NCBI GenBank assembly: GCA_964016885.1
Contig: OZ024756.1
Coordinates: 3,472,001 to 3,536,000, forward strand
DNA: 64,000 bases
Direction of reading: 5' to 3'
DNA from: Eledone cirrhosa
Lineage: Eukaryota
Shown: positions 20,700 to 38,600 of the stretch, piece after piece
How positions within the stretch are numbered: the stretch's first letter is position 1
How the letters are laid out: each line of letters starts with the position of its first letter
The notes under the pieces: model-generated
Told to the model about the DNA's origin: nothing
Seen by the model: only the letters and a program-made list of their open reading frames with translations
The model's database searches: none
Made by a program: the position numbers and the translations under genes

Positions 20700-23600
20700 C
20701 TCCCCTACAAAGACCTTCACCCCAAGTAAGCCCCCCCCCAACAAAGACCTTCACCCCAAGTACGCCACCCAAAGAGTTCCTGCCCCCACAAAACACCTCC
20801 ACCCCAAGTAATCCCCCTCCCACACTATATAACCATGCAACAATAAGACCTCCACTCCAAGTAGCCTACCTCACACTATATAACCATAAAACAATAAGAC
20901 CTCCACCCCAAGTAAGCCCCACCCCACACTATATAACCATACAACAATAAGACTCCATCCCAAGTAAGCCCCATCCCACACTATATAACCATACAACAAT
21001 AAGACCTCCATCCCAAGTAAGCCCACCTCACACTATATAACCATACAACAATAACACCTCCATCCCAAGTAAGCCTACCTCACACTATATAACCATACAA
21101 CAATAAGATCTCCACCCCAAGTAAGACCCACCCCACAATATATAACCATACAACAATAAGACCTCCATCCCAAGTAAGACAACACACACTATATAACCAT
21201 ACAACAATAAGACCTCCATCCCAAGTAAGCCTACCTCACACAATATAACCATAAAACAATAAGACCTCCATCCCAAGTAAGCCCACCTCACACTATATAA
21301 CCATAAAACAATAAGACCTCCATCCCAAGTAAGCCCACCTCACACTATATAACCATAAAACAATAAGACCTCCATCCCAAGTAAGCCCACCTCACACTAT
21401 ATAACCATACAACAATAAGACCTCCATCCCAAGTAAGCCCACTTCTCACTATATAACCATACAACAATAAGACCTCCATCCGAAGTAAGCCCACCTCACA
21501 CTATATAACCATACAACAATAAGACCTCCATCCCAAGTAAGCCTATCTCACACTATATAACCATAAATCAATAAGACCTCCACCCCAAGTAAGCCTACCT
21601 TACACTATATAACCATACAACAATAAGACCTCCACCCAAGTAAGCCTACCTCACACTATATAACCATACAACAATAAGACCTCCACCCCAAGTAAACCCA
21701 CCTCACACTATATAACCATACAACAATAAGACCTCCATCCCAAGTAAGCCTACCTCACAATATATAACCATACAACAATAAGACCTCCATCCCAAGTAAG
21801 CCCACCTCACACTATATAACCATAAAACAATAAGACCTCCATCCCAAGTAAGCCCACCTCACACTATATAACCATACAACAATAAGACCTCCACCCCAAG
21901 TAGACTACCTCACACTATATAACCATAAATCAATAAGACCTCCATCCCAAGTAAGCCCACCTCACACTATATAACCATACAACAATAAGGCCTCCACCTC
22001 AAGTAAGCCCCACCTCACACTATATAACCATACAACAATAAGGCCTCCATCCCAAGTAAGCCCACCTCACACTATATAACCATACAACAATAAGACCTCC
22101 ACCCCAAGTAGACTACCTCACACTATATAACCATAAATCAAAAAGACCTCCATCCCAAGTAAGCCCACCTCACACTATATAACCATACAACAATAAGGCC
22201 TCCACCTCAAGTAAGCCCCACCTCACACTATATAACCATACAACAATAAGGCCTCCACCCCAAGTAAGCCTACCTCACACTATATAACCATAAAAAAATA
22301 AAACCTCCATCCCAAGTAAGCCTACCTCACACTATATAACCATACAACAATAAGACCTCCATCCCAAGTAAGCCCACCTCACACTATATAACCATAAAAC
22401 AATAAGACCTCCATCCCAAATAAGCCTACCTCACACTATATCACCATACAACAATAAGACCTCCATCCCAAGTAAGCCTACCTCACATTATATAACCATA
22501 CAACAATAAGACCTCCACCCCAAGTAACCCACCACACACTATATAACCATACAACAATAAGACCTCCACCCCAAGTAAGCCCACCTCACACTATATAACC
22601 ATACAACAATAAGACCTCCATCCCAAATAAGCCTACCTCACACTATATAACCATACAACAATAAGACCTCCACCCCAAGTAAGCCCACCTCACACTATAT
22701 AACCATACAACAATAAGACCTCCATCCCAAGTAAGCCTACCTCACACTATATAACCATACAACAATAAGACCTCCACCCCAAGTAAGCCCACCTCACACT
22801 ATATAACCATACAACAATAAGACATCCATCCCAAGTAAGCCTACCTCACACTATATAACCATACAACAATAAGACCTCCACCCCAAGTAAGCCTACCTCA
22901 CACTATATAACAATACAACAATAAGACCTCCACCCCAAGTAAGCCCACCACACACTATATAACCATACAACAATAAGACCTCCATCCCAAGTAAGCCTAC
23001 CTCACACTATATAACCATACAACAATAAGACCTCCACCCCAAGTAAGCCCACCTCACACTATATAACCATACAACAATAAGACCTCCATCCCAAGTAAGC
23101 CTACCTCACACTATATAACCATACAACAATAAGACCTCCACCCCAAGTAAGCCCACCACACACTATATAACCATACAACAATAAGACCTCCACCCCAAGT
23201 AAGCCCACCTCACACTATATAACCATACAACAATAAGACCTCCATCCCAAGTAAGCCTACCTCACACTATATAAACATACAACAATAAGACCTCCACCCC
23301 AAGTAAGCCCACCTCACACTATATAACCATACAACAATAAGACCTCCATCCCAAGTAAGCCTACCTCACACTATATAACCATACAACAATAAGACCTCCA
23401 CCCCAAGTAAGCCCACCTCACACTATATAACCATACAACAATAAGACATCCATCCCAAGTAAGCCTACGTCACACTATATAACCATACAACAATAAGACC
23501 TCCACCCCAAGTAAGCCTACCTCACACTATATAACCATACAACAATAAGACCTCCACCCCAAGTAAGCCCACCTCACACTATATAACCATACAACAATAA

Positions 23601-26600
23601 GACCTCCATCCCAAGTAAGCCTACCTCACACTATATAACCATACAACAATAAGACCTCCACCCCAAGTAAGCCCACCTCACACTATATAACCATACAACA
23701 ATAACACCTCCATCCCAAGTAAGCCTACCTCACACTATATAACCATACAACAATAAGACCTCCACCCCAAGTAAGCCTACCTCACACTATATAACCATAC
23801 AACAATAAGACCTCCATCCGAAGTAAGCCCACCTCACACTATATAACCATACAACAATAAGACCTCCATCCCAAGTAAGCCTACCTCACACTATATAACC
23901 ATACAACAATAAGACCTCCATCCCAAGTAAGCCTACCTCACACTATATAACCATACAACAATAAGGCCTCCACCTCAAGTAAGCCCCACCTCACATTATA
24001 TAACCATAAAACAATAAAACCTCCATCCCAAGTAAGCCTACCTCACACTATATAACCATACAACAATAAGACCTCCATCCCAAGTAAGCCCACCTCACAC
24101 TATATAACCATAAAACAATAAGACCTCCATCCCAAATAAGCCTACCTCACACTATATCACCATACAACAATAAGACCTCCATCCCAAGTAATCCTACCTC
24201 ACACTATATAACCATACAACAATAAGACCTCCATCCCAAGTAAGCCTACCTCACATTATATAACCATACAACAATAAGACCTCCACCCCAAGTAACCCAC
24301 CACACTCTATATAACCATACAACAATAAGACCTCCACCCCAAGTAAGCCCACCTCACACTATATAACCATACAACAATAAGACCTCCATCCCAAATAAGC
24401 CTACCTCACACTATATAACCATACAACAATAAGACCTCCACCCCAAGTAAGCCCACCTCACACTATATATCCATACAACAATAAGACCTCCATCCCAAGT
24501 AAGCCTACCTCACACTATATAACCATACAACAATAAGACCTCCACCCCAAGTAAGCCCACCTCACACTATATAACCATACAACAATAAGACATCCATCCC
24601 AAGTAAGCCTACCTCACACTATATAACCATACAACAATAAGACCTCCACCCCAAGTAAGCCTACCTCACACTATATAACCATACAACAATAAGACCTCCA
24701 CCCCAAGTAAGCCCACCACACACTATATAACCATACAACAATAAGACCTCCATCCCAAGTAAGCCTACCTCACACTATATAACCATACAACAATAAGACC
24801 TCCACCCCAAGTAAGCCCACCTCACACTATATAACCATACAACAATAAGACCTCCATCCCAAGTAAGCCTACCTCACACTATATAACCATACAACAATAA
24901 GACCTCCACCCCAAGTAAGCCCACCACACACTATATAACCATACAACAATAAGACCTCCACCCCAAGTAAGCCCACCTCACACTATATAACCATACAACA
25001 ATAAGACCTCCATCCCAAGTAAGCCTACCTCACACTATATAAACATACAACAATAAGACCTCCACCCCAAGTAAGCCCACCTCACACTATATAACCATAC
25101 AACAATAAGACCTCCATCCCAAGTAAGCCTACCTCACACTATATAACCATACAACAATAAGAGCTCCACCCCAAGTAAGCCCACCTCACACTATATAACC
25201 ATACAACAATAAGACATCCATCCCAAGTAAGCCTACCTCACACTATATAACCATACAACAATAAGACCTCCACCCCAAGTAAGCCTACCTCACACTATAT
25301 AACCATACAACAATAAGACCTCCACCCCAAGTAAGCCCACCTCACACTATATAACCATACAACAATAAGACCTCCATCCCAAGTAAGCCTACCTCACACT
25401 ATATAACCATACAACAATAAGACCTCCACGCCAAGTAAGCCCACCTCACACTATATAACCATACAACAATAACACCTCCATCCCAAGTAAGCCTACCTCA
25501 CACTATATAACCATACAACAATAAGACCTCCACCCCAAGTAAGCCTACCTCACACTATATAACCATACAACAATAAGACCTCCATCCGAAGTAAGCCCAC
25601 CTCACACTATATAACCATACAACAATAAGACCTCCATCCCAAGTAAGCCTACCTCACACTATATAACCATACAACAATAAGACCTCCATCCCAAGTAAGC
25701 CTACCTCACACTATATAACCATACAACAATAAGACCTCCACCCCAAGTAAGCCCACCTCACACTATATAACCATACAACAATAAGACATCCATCCCAAGT
25801 AAGCCTACCTCACACTATATAACCATACAACAATAAGACCTCCACCCCAAGTAAGCCTACCTCACACTATATAACCATACAACAATAAGACCTCCACCCC
25901 AAGTAAGCCCACCTCACACTATATAACCATACAACAATAAGACCTCCATCCCAAGTAAGCCTACCTCACACTATATAACCATACAACAATAAGACCTCCA
26001 CCCCAAGTAAGCCCACCTCACACTATATAACCATACAACAATAACACCTCCATCCCAAGTAAGCCTACCTCACACTATATAACCATACAACAATAAGACC
26101 TCCACCCCAAGTAAGCCTACCTCACACTATATAACCATACAACAATAAGACCTCCATCCGAAGTAAGCCCACCTCACACTATATAACGATACAACAATAA
26201 GACCTCCATCCCAAGTAAGCCTACCTCACACTATATAACCATACAACAATAAGACCTCCACCCCAAGTAAGCCTACCTCACACTATATAACCATACAACA
26301 ATAAGACCTCCACCCCAAGTAAGCCCACCTCACACTATATAACCATACAACAATAAGACATCCATCCCAAGTAAGCCTACCTCACACTATATAACCATAC
26401 AACAATAAGACCTCCACCCCAAGTAAGCCTACCTCACACAATATAACCATACAACAATAAGACCTCCACCCCAAGTAAGCCCACCTCACACTATATAACC
26501 ATACAACAATAAGACCTCCATCCCAAGTAAGCCTACCTCACACTATATAACCATACAACAATAAGACCTCCACCCCAAGTAAGCCCACCTCACACTATAT

Positions 26601-29600
26601 AACCATACAACAATAACACCTCCATCCCAAGTAAGCCTACCTCACACTATATAACCATACAACAATAAGACCTCCACCCCAAGTAAGCCTACCTCACACT
26701 ATATAACCATACAACAATAACACCTCCATCCCAAGTAAGCCCACCTCACACTATATAACCATACAACAATAAGACCTCCATCCGAAGTAAGCCCACCTCA
26801 CACTATATAACCATACAACAATAAGACCTCCATCCCAAGTAAGCCTACCTCACACTATATAACCATACAACAATAAGACCTCCACCCCAAGTAAGCCTAC
26901 CTTACACTATATAACCATACAACAAGAAGACCTCCACCCCAAGTAACCCTACCTCACACTATAAAACCATACAACAATAGGACCTCCACCCCAAGTAAGC
27001 CCACCTCACACTATACAACCATACAACAATAAGACCTCCATCCCAAGTAAGCCTACCTCACACTATATAACCATACAACAATAAGACCTCCATCCCAAGT
27101 AAGCCCACCTCACACTATATAACCATAAAACAATAAGACCTCCATCCCAAGTAGGCCTACCTCACACTATATAACCATACAACAATAAGACCTCCATCCC
27201 AAGTAAGCCTACCTCACACTATATAACCATACAACAATAAGACCTCCACCCCAAGTAAGCCTACCTCACACTATATAACCATACAACAATAAGACCTCCA
27301 CCCCAAGTAAGCCCACCTCACACTATATAACCATACAACAATAAGACCTCCATCCCAAGTAAGCCTACCTCACACTATATAACCATACAACAATAAGACC
27401 TCCACCCCAAGTAAGCCCACCTCACACTATATAACCATACAACAATAACACCTCCATCCCAAGTAAGCCTACCTCACACTATATAACCATACAACAATAA
27501 GACCTCCACCCCAAGTAAGCCCACCTCACATTATATAACCATACAACAATAAGACGTCCATCCCAAGTAAGCCTACCTCACACTATATAACCATACAACA
27601 ATAAGACCTCCATCCCAAGTAAGCCCACCTCACACTATATAACCATAAAACAATAAGACCTCCATCCCAAGTAGGCCTACCTCACACTATATAACCATAC
27701 AACAATAAGACCTCCATCCCAAGTAAGCCTACCTCACACTATATAACCATACAACAATAAGACCTCCACCCCAAGTAAGCCTACCTCACACAATATAACC
27801 ATACAACAATAAGACCTCCACCCCAAGTAAGCCCACCTCACACTATATAACCATACAACAATAAGACCTCCATCCCAAGTAAGCCTACCTCACACTATAT
27901 AACCATACAACAATAAGACCTCCACCCCAAGTAAGCCCACCTCACACTATATAACCATACAACAATAACACCTCCATCCCAAGTAAGCCTACCTCACACT
28001 ATATAACCATACAACAATAAGACCTCCACCCCAAGTAAGCCAACCTCACACTATATAACCATACAACAATAACACCTCCATCCCAAGTAAGCCCACCTCA
28101 CACTATATAACCATACAACAATAAGACCTCCATCCGAAGTAAGCCCACCTCACACTATATAACCATACAACAATAAGACCTCCATCCCAAGTAAGCCTAC
28201 CTCACACTATATAACCATACAACAATAAGACCTCCACCCCAAGTAAGCCTACCTTACACTATATAACCATACAACAATAAGACCTCCACCCCAAGTAACC
28301 CTACCTCACACTATAAAACCATACAACAATAGGACCTCCACCCCAAGTAAGCCCACCTCACACTATATAACCATACAACAATAAGACATCCATCCCAAGT
28401 AAGCCTACCTCACACTATATAACCATACAACAATAAGACCTCCACCCCAAGTAAGCCTACCTCACACTATATAACCATACAACAATAAGACCTCCACCCC
28501 AAGTAAGCCCACCTCACACTATATAACCATACAACAATAAGACCTCCATCCCAAGTAAGCCTACCTCACACTATATAACCATACAACAATAAGACCTCCA
28601 CGCCAAGTAAGCCCACCTCACACTATATAACCATACAACAATAACACCTCCATCCCAAGTAAGCCTACCTCACACTATATAACCATACAACAATAAGACC
28701 TCCACCCCAAGTAAGCCTACCTCACACTATATAACCATACAACAATAAGACCTCCATCCGAAGTAAGCCCACCTCACACTATATAACCATACAACAATAA
28801 GACCTCCATCCCAAGTAAGCCTACCTCACACTATATAACCATACAACAATAAGACCTCCATCCCAAGTAAGCCTACCTCACACTATATAACCATACAACA
28901 ATAAGACCTCCACCCCAAGTAAGCCCACCTCACACTATATAACCATACAACAATAAGACATCCATCCCAAGTAAGCCTACCTCACACTATATAACCATAC
29001 AACAATAAGACCTCCACCCCAAGTAAGCCTACCTCACACTATATAACCATACAACAATAAGACCTCCACCCCAAGTAAGCCCACCTCACACTATATAACC
29101 ATACAACAATAAGACCTCCATCCCAAGTAAGCCTACCTCACACTATATAACCATACAACAATAAGACCTCCACCCCAAGTAAGCCCACCTCACACTATAT
29201 AACCATACAACAATAACACCTCCATCCCAAGTAAGCCTACCTCACACTATATAACCATACAACAATAAGACCTCCACCCCAAGTAAGCCTACCTCACACT
29301 ATATAACCATACAACAATAAGACCTCCATCCGAAGTAAGCCCACCTCACACTATATAACGATACAACAATAAGACCTCCATCCCAAGTAAGCCTACCTCA
29401 CACTATATAACCATACAACAATAAGACCTCCACCCCAAGTAAGCCTACCTCACACTATATAACCATACAACAATAAGACCTCCACCCCAAGTAAGCCCAC
29501 CTCACACTATATAACCATACAACAATAAGACATCCATCCCAAGTAAGCCTACCTCACACTATATAACCATACAACAATAAGACCTCCACCCCAAGTAAGC

Positions 29601-32600
29601 CTACCTCACACAATATAACCATACAACAATAAGACCTCCACCCCAAGTAAGCCCACCTCACACTATATAACCATACAACAATAAGACCTCCATCCCAAGT
29701 AAGCCTACCTCACACTATATAACCATACAACAATAAGACCTCCACCCCAAGTAAGCCCACCTCACACTATATAACCATACAACAATAACACCTCCATCCC
29801 AAGTAAGCCTACCTCACACTATATAACCATACAACAATAAGACCTCCACCCCAAGTAAGCCTACCTCACACTATATAACCATACAACAATAACACCTCCA
29901 TCCCAAGTAAGCCCACCTCACACTATATAACCATACAACAATAAGACCTCCATCCGAAGTAAGCCCACCTCACACTATATAACCATACAACAATAAGACC
30001 TCCATCCCAAGTAAGCCTACCTCACACTATATAACCATACAACAATAAGACCTCCACCCCAAGTAAGCCTACCTTACACTATATAACCATACAACAAGAA
30101 GACCTCCACCCCAAGTAACCCTACCTCACACTATAAAACCATACAACAATAGGACCTCCACCCCAAGTAAGCCCACCTCACACTATACAACCATACAACA
30201 ATAAGACCTCCATCCCAAGTAAGCCTACCTCACACTATATAACCATACAACAATAAGACCTCCATCCCAAGTAAGCCCACCTCACACTATATAACCATAA
30301 AACAATAAGACCTCCATCCCAAGTAAGCCCACCTCACACTATATAACCATACAACAATAAGACCTCCACCCCAAGTAGACTACCTCACACTATATAACCA
30401 TAAATCAATAAGACCTCCATCCCAAGTAAGCCCACCTCACACTATATAACCATACAACAATAAGGCCTCCACCCCAAGTAAGCCCCACCTCACATTATAT
30501 AACCATACAACAATAAGACGTCCATCCCAAGTAAGCCTACCTCACACTATATAACCATACAACAATAAGACCTCCATCCCAAGTAAGCCCACCTCACACT
30601 ATATAACCATAAAACAATAAGACCTCCATCCCAAGTAGGCCTACCTCACACTATATAACCATACAACAATAAGACCTCCATCCCAAGTAAGCCTACCTCA
30701 CACTATATAACCATACAACAATAAGACCTCCACCCCAAGTAAGCCTACCTCACACAATATAACCATACAACAATAAGACCTCCACCCCAAGTAAGCCCAC
30801 CTCACACTATATAACCATACAACAATAAGACCTCCACCCCAAGTAAGCCTACCTCACACTATATAACCATACAACAATAACACCTCCATCCCAAGTAAGC
30901 CCACCTCACACTATATAACCATACAACAATAAGACCTCCATCCGAAGTAAGCCCACCTCACACTATATAACCATACAACAATAAGACCTCCATCCCAAGT
31001 AAGCCTACCTCACACTATATAACCATACAACAATAAGACCTCCACCCCAAGTAAGCCTACCTTACACTATATAACCATACAACAATAAGACCTCCACCCC
31101 AAGTAACCCTACCTCACACTATAAAACCATACAACAATAGGACCTCCACCCCAAGTAAGCCCACCTCACACTATACAACCATACAACAATAAGACCTCCA
31201 TCCCAAGTAAGCCTACCTCACACTATATAACCATACAACAATAAGACCTCCATCCCAAGTAAGCCCACCTCACACTATATAACCATAAAACAATAAGACC
31301 TCCATCCGAAGTAAGCCCACCTCACACTATATAACCATACAACAATAAGACCTCCATCCCAAGTAAGCCTACCTCACACTATATAACCATACAACAATAA
31401 GACCTCCACCCCAAGTAAGCCTACCTTACACTATATAACCATACAACAAGAAGACCTCCACCCCAAGTAACCCTACCTCACACTATAAAACCATACAACA
31501 ATAGGACCTCCACCCCAAGTAAGCCCACCTCACACTATACAACCATACAACAATAAGACCTCCATCCCAAGTAAGCCTACCTCACACTATATAACCATAC
31601 AACAATAAGACCTCCATCCCAAGTAAGCCCACCTCACACTATATAACCATAAAACAATAAGACCTCCATCCCAAGTAAGCCCACCTCACACTATATAACC
31701 ATACAACAATAAGACCTCCACCCCAAGTAGACTACCTCACACTATATAACCATAAATCAATAAGACCTCCATCCCAAGTAAGCCCACCTCACACTATATA
31801 ACCATACAACAATAAGGCCTCCACCCCAAGTAAGCCCCACCTCACATTATATAACCATACAACAATAAGACGTCCATCCCAAGTAAGCCTACCTCACACT
31901 ATATAACCATACAACAATAAGACCTCCATCCCAAGTAAGCCCACCTCACACTATATAACCATAAAACAATAAGACCTCCATCCCAAGTAGGCCTACCTCA
32001 CACTATATAACCATACAACAATAAGACCTCCATCCCAAGTAAGCCTACCTCACACTATATAACCATACAACAATAAGACCTCCACCCCAAGTAAGCCTAC
32101 CTCACACTATATAACCATACAACAATAAGACCTCCACCCCAAGTAAGCCCACCTCACACTATATAACCATACAACAATAAGACCTCCATCCCAAGTAAGC
32201 CTACCTCACACTATATAACCATACAACAATAAGACCTCCACCCCAAGTAAGCCCACCTCACACTATATAACCATACAACAATAAGACCTCCACCCCAAGT
32301 AAGCCCACCTCACATTATATAACCATACAACAATAAGACGTCCATCCCAAGTAAGCCTACCTCACACTATATAACCATACAACAATAAGACCTCCATCCC
32401 AAGTAAGCCCACCTCACACTATATAACCATAAAACAATAAGACCTCCATCCCAAGTAGGCCTACCTCACACTATATAACCATACAACAATAAGACCTCCA
32501 TCCCAAGTAAGCCTACCTCACACTATATAACCATACAACAATAAGACCTCCACCCCAAGTAAGCCTACCTCACACAATATAACCATACAACAATAAGACC

Positions 32601-35600
32601 TCCACCCCAAGTAAGCCCACCTCACACTATATAACCATACAACAATAAGACCTCCACCCCAAGTAAGCCTACCTCACACTATATAACCATACAACAATAA
32701 CACCTCCATCCCAAGTAAGCCCACCTCACACTATATAACCATACAACAATAAGACCTCCATCCGAAGTAAGCCCACCTCACACTATATAACCATACAACA
32801 ATAAGACCTCCATCCCAAGTAAGCCTACCTCACACTATATAACCATACAACAATAAGACCTCCACCCCAAGTAAGCCTACCTTACACTATATAACCATAC
32901 AACAATAAGACCTCCACCCCAAGTAACCCTACCTCACACTATAAAACCATACAACAATAGGACCTCCACCCCAAGTAAGCCCACCTCACACTATACAACC
33001 ATACAACAATAAGACCTCCATCCCAAGTAAGCCTACCTCACACTATATAACCATACAACAATAAGACCTCCATCCCAAGTAAGCCCACCTCACACTATAT
33101 AACCATAAAACAATAAGACCTCCATCCCAAGTAAGCCCACCTCACACTATATAACCATACAACAATAAGACCTCCACCCCAAGTAGACTACCTCACACTA
33201 TATAACCATAAATCAATAAGACCTCCATCCCAAGTAAGCCCACCTCACACTATATAACCATACAACAATAAGGCCTCCACCCCAAGTAAGCCCCACCTCA
33301 CATTATATAACCATACAACAATAAGACGTCCATCCCAAGTAAGCCTACCTCACACTATATAACCATACAACAATAAGACCTCCATCCCAAGTAAGCCCAC
33401 CTCACACTATATAACCATAAAACAATAAGACCTCCATCCCAAGTAGGCCTACCTCACACTATATAACCATACAACAATAAGACCTCCATCCCAAGTAAGC
33501 CTACCTCACACTATATAACCATACAACAATAAGACCTCCACCCCAAGTAAGCCTACCTCACACTATATAACCATACAACAATAAGACCTCCACCCCAAGT
33601 AAGCCCACCACACACTATATAACCATACAACAATAAGACCTCCATCCCAAGTAAGCCCACCACACACTATATAACCATACAACAATAAGACCTCCATCCC
33701 AAGTAAGCCTACCTCACACTATATAACCATAAAACAATAAGACCTCCATCCCAAGTAAGCCCACCTCACACTATATAACCATAAAACAATAAGACCTCCA
33801 TCCCAAGTAAGCCCACCTCACACTATATAACCATACAACAATAAGACCTCCATCCCAAGTAAGCCCACTTCTCACTATATAACCATACAACAATAACACC
33901 TCCATCCGAAGTAAGCCCACCTCACACTATATAACCATACAACAATAAGACAGCCATCCCAAGTAAGCCTACCTCACACTATATAACCATACAACAATAA
34001 GACCACCCCAAGTAAGCCTACCTTACACTATATAACCATACAACAATAAGACCTCCATCCCAAGTAAGCCCACCTCACACTATATAACCATAAAACAATA
34101 AGACCTCCATCCCAAGTAAGCCCACCTCACACTATATAACCATACAACAATAAGACCTCCACCCCAAGTAAGCCTACCTCACACTATATAACCATACAAC
34201 AATAAGACCTCCACCCTAAGTAAGCCTACCTCACACTATATAACCATACAACAATAAGACCTCCACCACAAGTAAGCCTACCACACACTATATAACCATA
34301 CAACAATAAGACCTCCATCCCAAGTAAGCCTACCACACACTATATAACCATACAACAATAAGACCTCCATCCCAAGTAAGCCTACCTCACACTATATAAC
34401 CATACAACAATAAGACCTCCATCCCAAGTAAGCCTACCTCACACTATATAACCATACAAAAATCAGACCTCCATCCCAAGTAAGCCTACCTCACACTATA
34501 TAACCATACAACAATAAGACCTCCACCCCAAGTAAGCCTACCTCACACTATATAACCATACAACAATAAGACCTCCACCCCAAGTAAGCCTACCTCACAC
34601 TATATAACCATACAACAATAAGACCTGCATCCCAAGTAAGCCTACCTCACACTATATAACCATACAACAGTAAGACCTCCACCCCAAGTAAGCCCACCAC
34701 ACACTATATAACCATACAACAATAAGACCTCCACCCCAAGTAAGCCTACCTCACACTATATAACCATACAACAATAAGACCTGCATCCCAAGTAAGCCTA
34801 CCTCACACTATATAACCATACAACAATAACACCTCCACCCCAAGTAAGCCCACATTACACTATATAACCATACAACAATAAGACCTGCATCCGAAGTAAG
34901 CCTACCTCACACTATATAACCATACAACAATAAGGCCTCCATCCCAAGTAAGCCCACCTCACACTATATAACCATACAACAATAAGACCTCCACCCCAAG
35001 TAACCCACCACACACTATATAACCATACAACAATAAGACCTCCACCCCAAGTAAGCCCACCTCACACTATATAACCATACAACAATAAGACCTCCATCCC
35101 AAATAAGCCTACCTCACACTATATAACCATACAACAATAAGACCTCCACCCCAAGTAAGCCCACCTCACACTATATAACCATACAACAATAAGACCTCCA
35201 TCCCAAGTAAGCCTACCTCACACTATATAACCATACAACAATAAGACCTCCACCCCAAGTAAGCCCACCTCACACTATATAACCATACAACAATAAGACA
35301 TCCATCCCAAGTAAGCCTACCTCACACTATATAACCATACAACAATAAGACCTCCACCCCAAGTAAGCCTACCTCACACTATATAACCATACAACAATAA
35401 GACCTCCACCCCAAGTAAGCCCACCACACACTATATAACCATACAACAATAAGACCTCCATCCCAAGTAAGCCTACCTCACACTATATAACCATACAACA
35501 ATAAGACCTCCACCCCAAGTAAGCCCACCTCACACTATATAACCATACAACAATAAGACCTCCATCCCAAGTAAGCCTACCTCACACTATATAACCATAC

Positions 35601-38600
35601 AACAATAAGACCTCCACCCCAAGTAAGCCCACCACACACTATATAACCATACAACAATAAGACCTCCACCCCAAGTAAGCCCACCTCACACTATATAACC
35701 ATACAACAATAAGACCTCCATCCCAAGTAAGCCTACCTCACACTATATAACCATACAACAATAAGACCTCCACCCCAAGTAAGCCCACCTCACACTATAT
35801 AACCATACAACAATAAGACCTCCACCCCAAGTAAGCCTACCTCACACTATATAACCATACAACAATAAGACCTCCATCCGAAGTAAGCCCACCTCACACT
35901 ATATAACCATACAACAATAAGACCTCCATCCCAAGTAAGCCTACCTCACACTATATAACCATACAACAATAAGACCTCCATCCCAAGTAAGCCTACCTCA
36001 CACTATATAACCATACAACAATAAGACCTCCACCCCAAGTAAGCCTACCTCACACAATATAACCATACAACAATAAGACCTCCACCCCAAGTAAGCCCAC
36101 CTCACACTATATAACCATACAACAATAACACCTCCATCCCAAGTAAGCCTACCTCACACTATATAACCATACAACAATAAGACCTCCACCCCAAGTAAGC
36201 CCACCTCACATTATATAACCATACAACAATAAGACGTCCATCCCAAGTAAGCCTACCTCACACTATATAACCATACAACAATAAGACCTCCATCCCAAGT
36301 AAGCCCACCTCACACTATATAACCATAAAACAATAAGACCTCCATCCCAAGTAGGCCTACCTCACACTATATAACCATACAACAATAAGACCTCCATCCC
36401 AAGTAAGCCTACCTCACACTATATAACCATACAACAATAAGACCTCCACCCCAAGTAAGCCTACCTCACACAATATAACCATACAACAATAAGACCTCCA
36501 CCCCAAGTAAGCCCACCTCACACTATATAACCATACAACAATAAGACCTCCATCCCAAGTAAGCCTACCTCACACTATATAACCATACAACAATAAGACC
36601 TCCACCCCAAGTAAGCCCACCTCACACTATATAACCATACAACAATAACACCTCCATCCCAAGTAAGCCTACCTCACACTATATAACCATACAACAATAA
36701 GACCTCCACCCCAAGTAAGCCTACCTCACACTATATAACCATACAACAATAACACCTCCATCCCAAGTAAGCCCACCTCACACTATATAACCATACAACA
36801 ATAAGACCTCCATCCGAAGTAAGCCCACCTCACACTATATAACCATACAACAATAAGACCTCCATCCCAAGTAAGCCTACCTCACACTATATAACCATAC
36901 AACAATAAGACCTCCACCCCAAGTAAGCCTACCTTACACTATATAACCATACAACAATAAGACCTCCACCCCAAGTAACCCTATCTCACACTATAAAACC
37001 ATACAACAATAGGACCTCCACCCCAAGTAAGCCCACCTCACACTATACAACCATACAACAATAAGACCTCCATCCCAAGTAAGCTTACCTCACACTATAT
37101 AACCATACAACAATAAGACCTCCATCCCAAGTAAGCCCACCTCACACTATATAACCATAAAACAATAAGACCTCCATCCCAAGTAAGCCCACCTCACACT
37201 ATATAACCATAGAACAATAAGACCTCCACCCCAAGTAGACTACCTCACACTATATAACCATAAATCAATAAGACCTCCATCCCAAGTAAGCCCACCTCAC
37301 ACTATATAACCATACAACAATAAGGCCTCCACCCCAAGTAAGCCCCACCTCACATTATATAACCATACAACAATAAGACGTCCATCCCAAGTAAGCCTAC
37401 CTCACACTATATAACCATACAACAATAAGACCTCCATCCCAAGTAAGCCCACCTCACACTATATAACCATAAAACAATAAGACCTCCATCCCAAGTAGGC
37501 CTACCTCACACTATATAACCATACAACAATAAGACCTCCATCCCAAGTAAGCCTACCTCACACTATATAACCATACAACAATAAGACCTCCACCCCAAGT
37601 AAGCCTACCTCACACTATATAACCATACAACAATAAGACCTCCACCCCAAGTAAGCCCACCACACACTATATAACCATACAACAATAAGACCTCCATCCC
37701 AAGTAAGCCCAACACACACTATATAACCATACAACAATAAGACCTCCATCCCAAGTAAGCCTACCTCACACTATATAACCATAAAACAATAAGACCTCCA
37801 TCCCAAGTAAGCCCACCTCACACTATATAACCATAAAACAATAAGACCTCCATCCCAAGTAAGCCCACCTCACACTATATAACCATACAACAATAAGACC
37901 TCCATCCCAAGTAAGCCCACTTCTCACTATATAACCATACAACAATAACACCTCCATCCGAAGTAAGCCCACCTCACACTATATAACCATACAACAATAA
38001 GACAGCCATCCCAAGTAAGCCTACCTCACACTATATAACCATACAACAATAAGACCACCCCAAGTAAGCCTACCTTACACTATATAACCATACAACAATA
38101 AGACCTCCATCCCAAGTAAGCCCACCTCACACTATATAACCATAAAACAATAAGACCTCCATCCCAAGTAAGCCCACCTCACACTATATAACCATACAAC
38201 AATAAGACCTCCACCCCAAGTAAGCCTACCTCACACTATATAACCATACAACAATAAGACCTCCACCCTAAGTAAGCCTACCTCACACTATATAACCATA
38301 CAACAATAAGACCTCCACCACAAGTAAGCCTACCACACACTATATAACCATACAACAATAAGACCTCCATCCCAAGTAAGCCTACCACACACTATATAAC
38401 CATACAACAATAAGACCTCCATCCCAAGTAAGCCTACCTCACACTATATAACCATACAACAATAAGACCTCCATCCCAAGTAAGCCTACCTCACACTATA
38501 TAACCATACAAAAATCAGACCTCCATCCCAAGTAAGCCTACCTCACACTATATAACCATACAACAATAAGACCTCCACCCCAAGTAAGCCTACCTCACAC

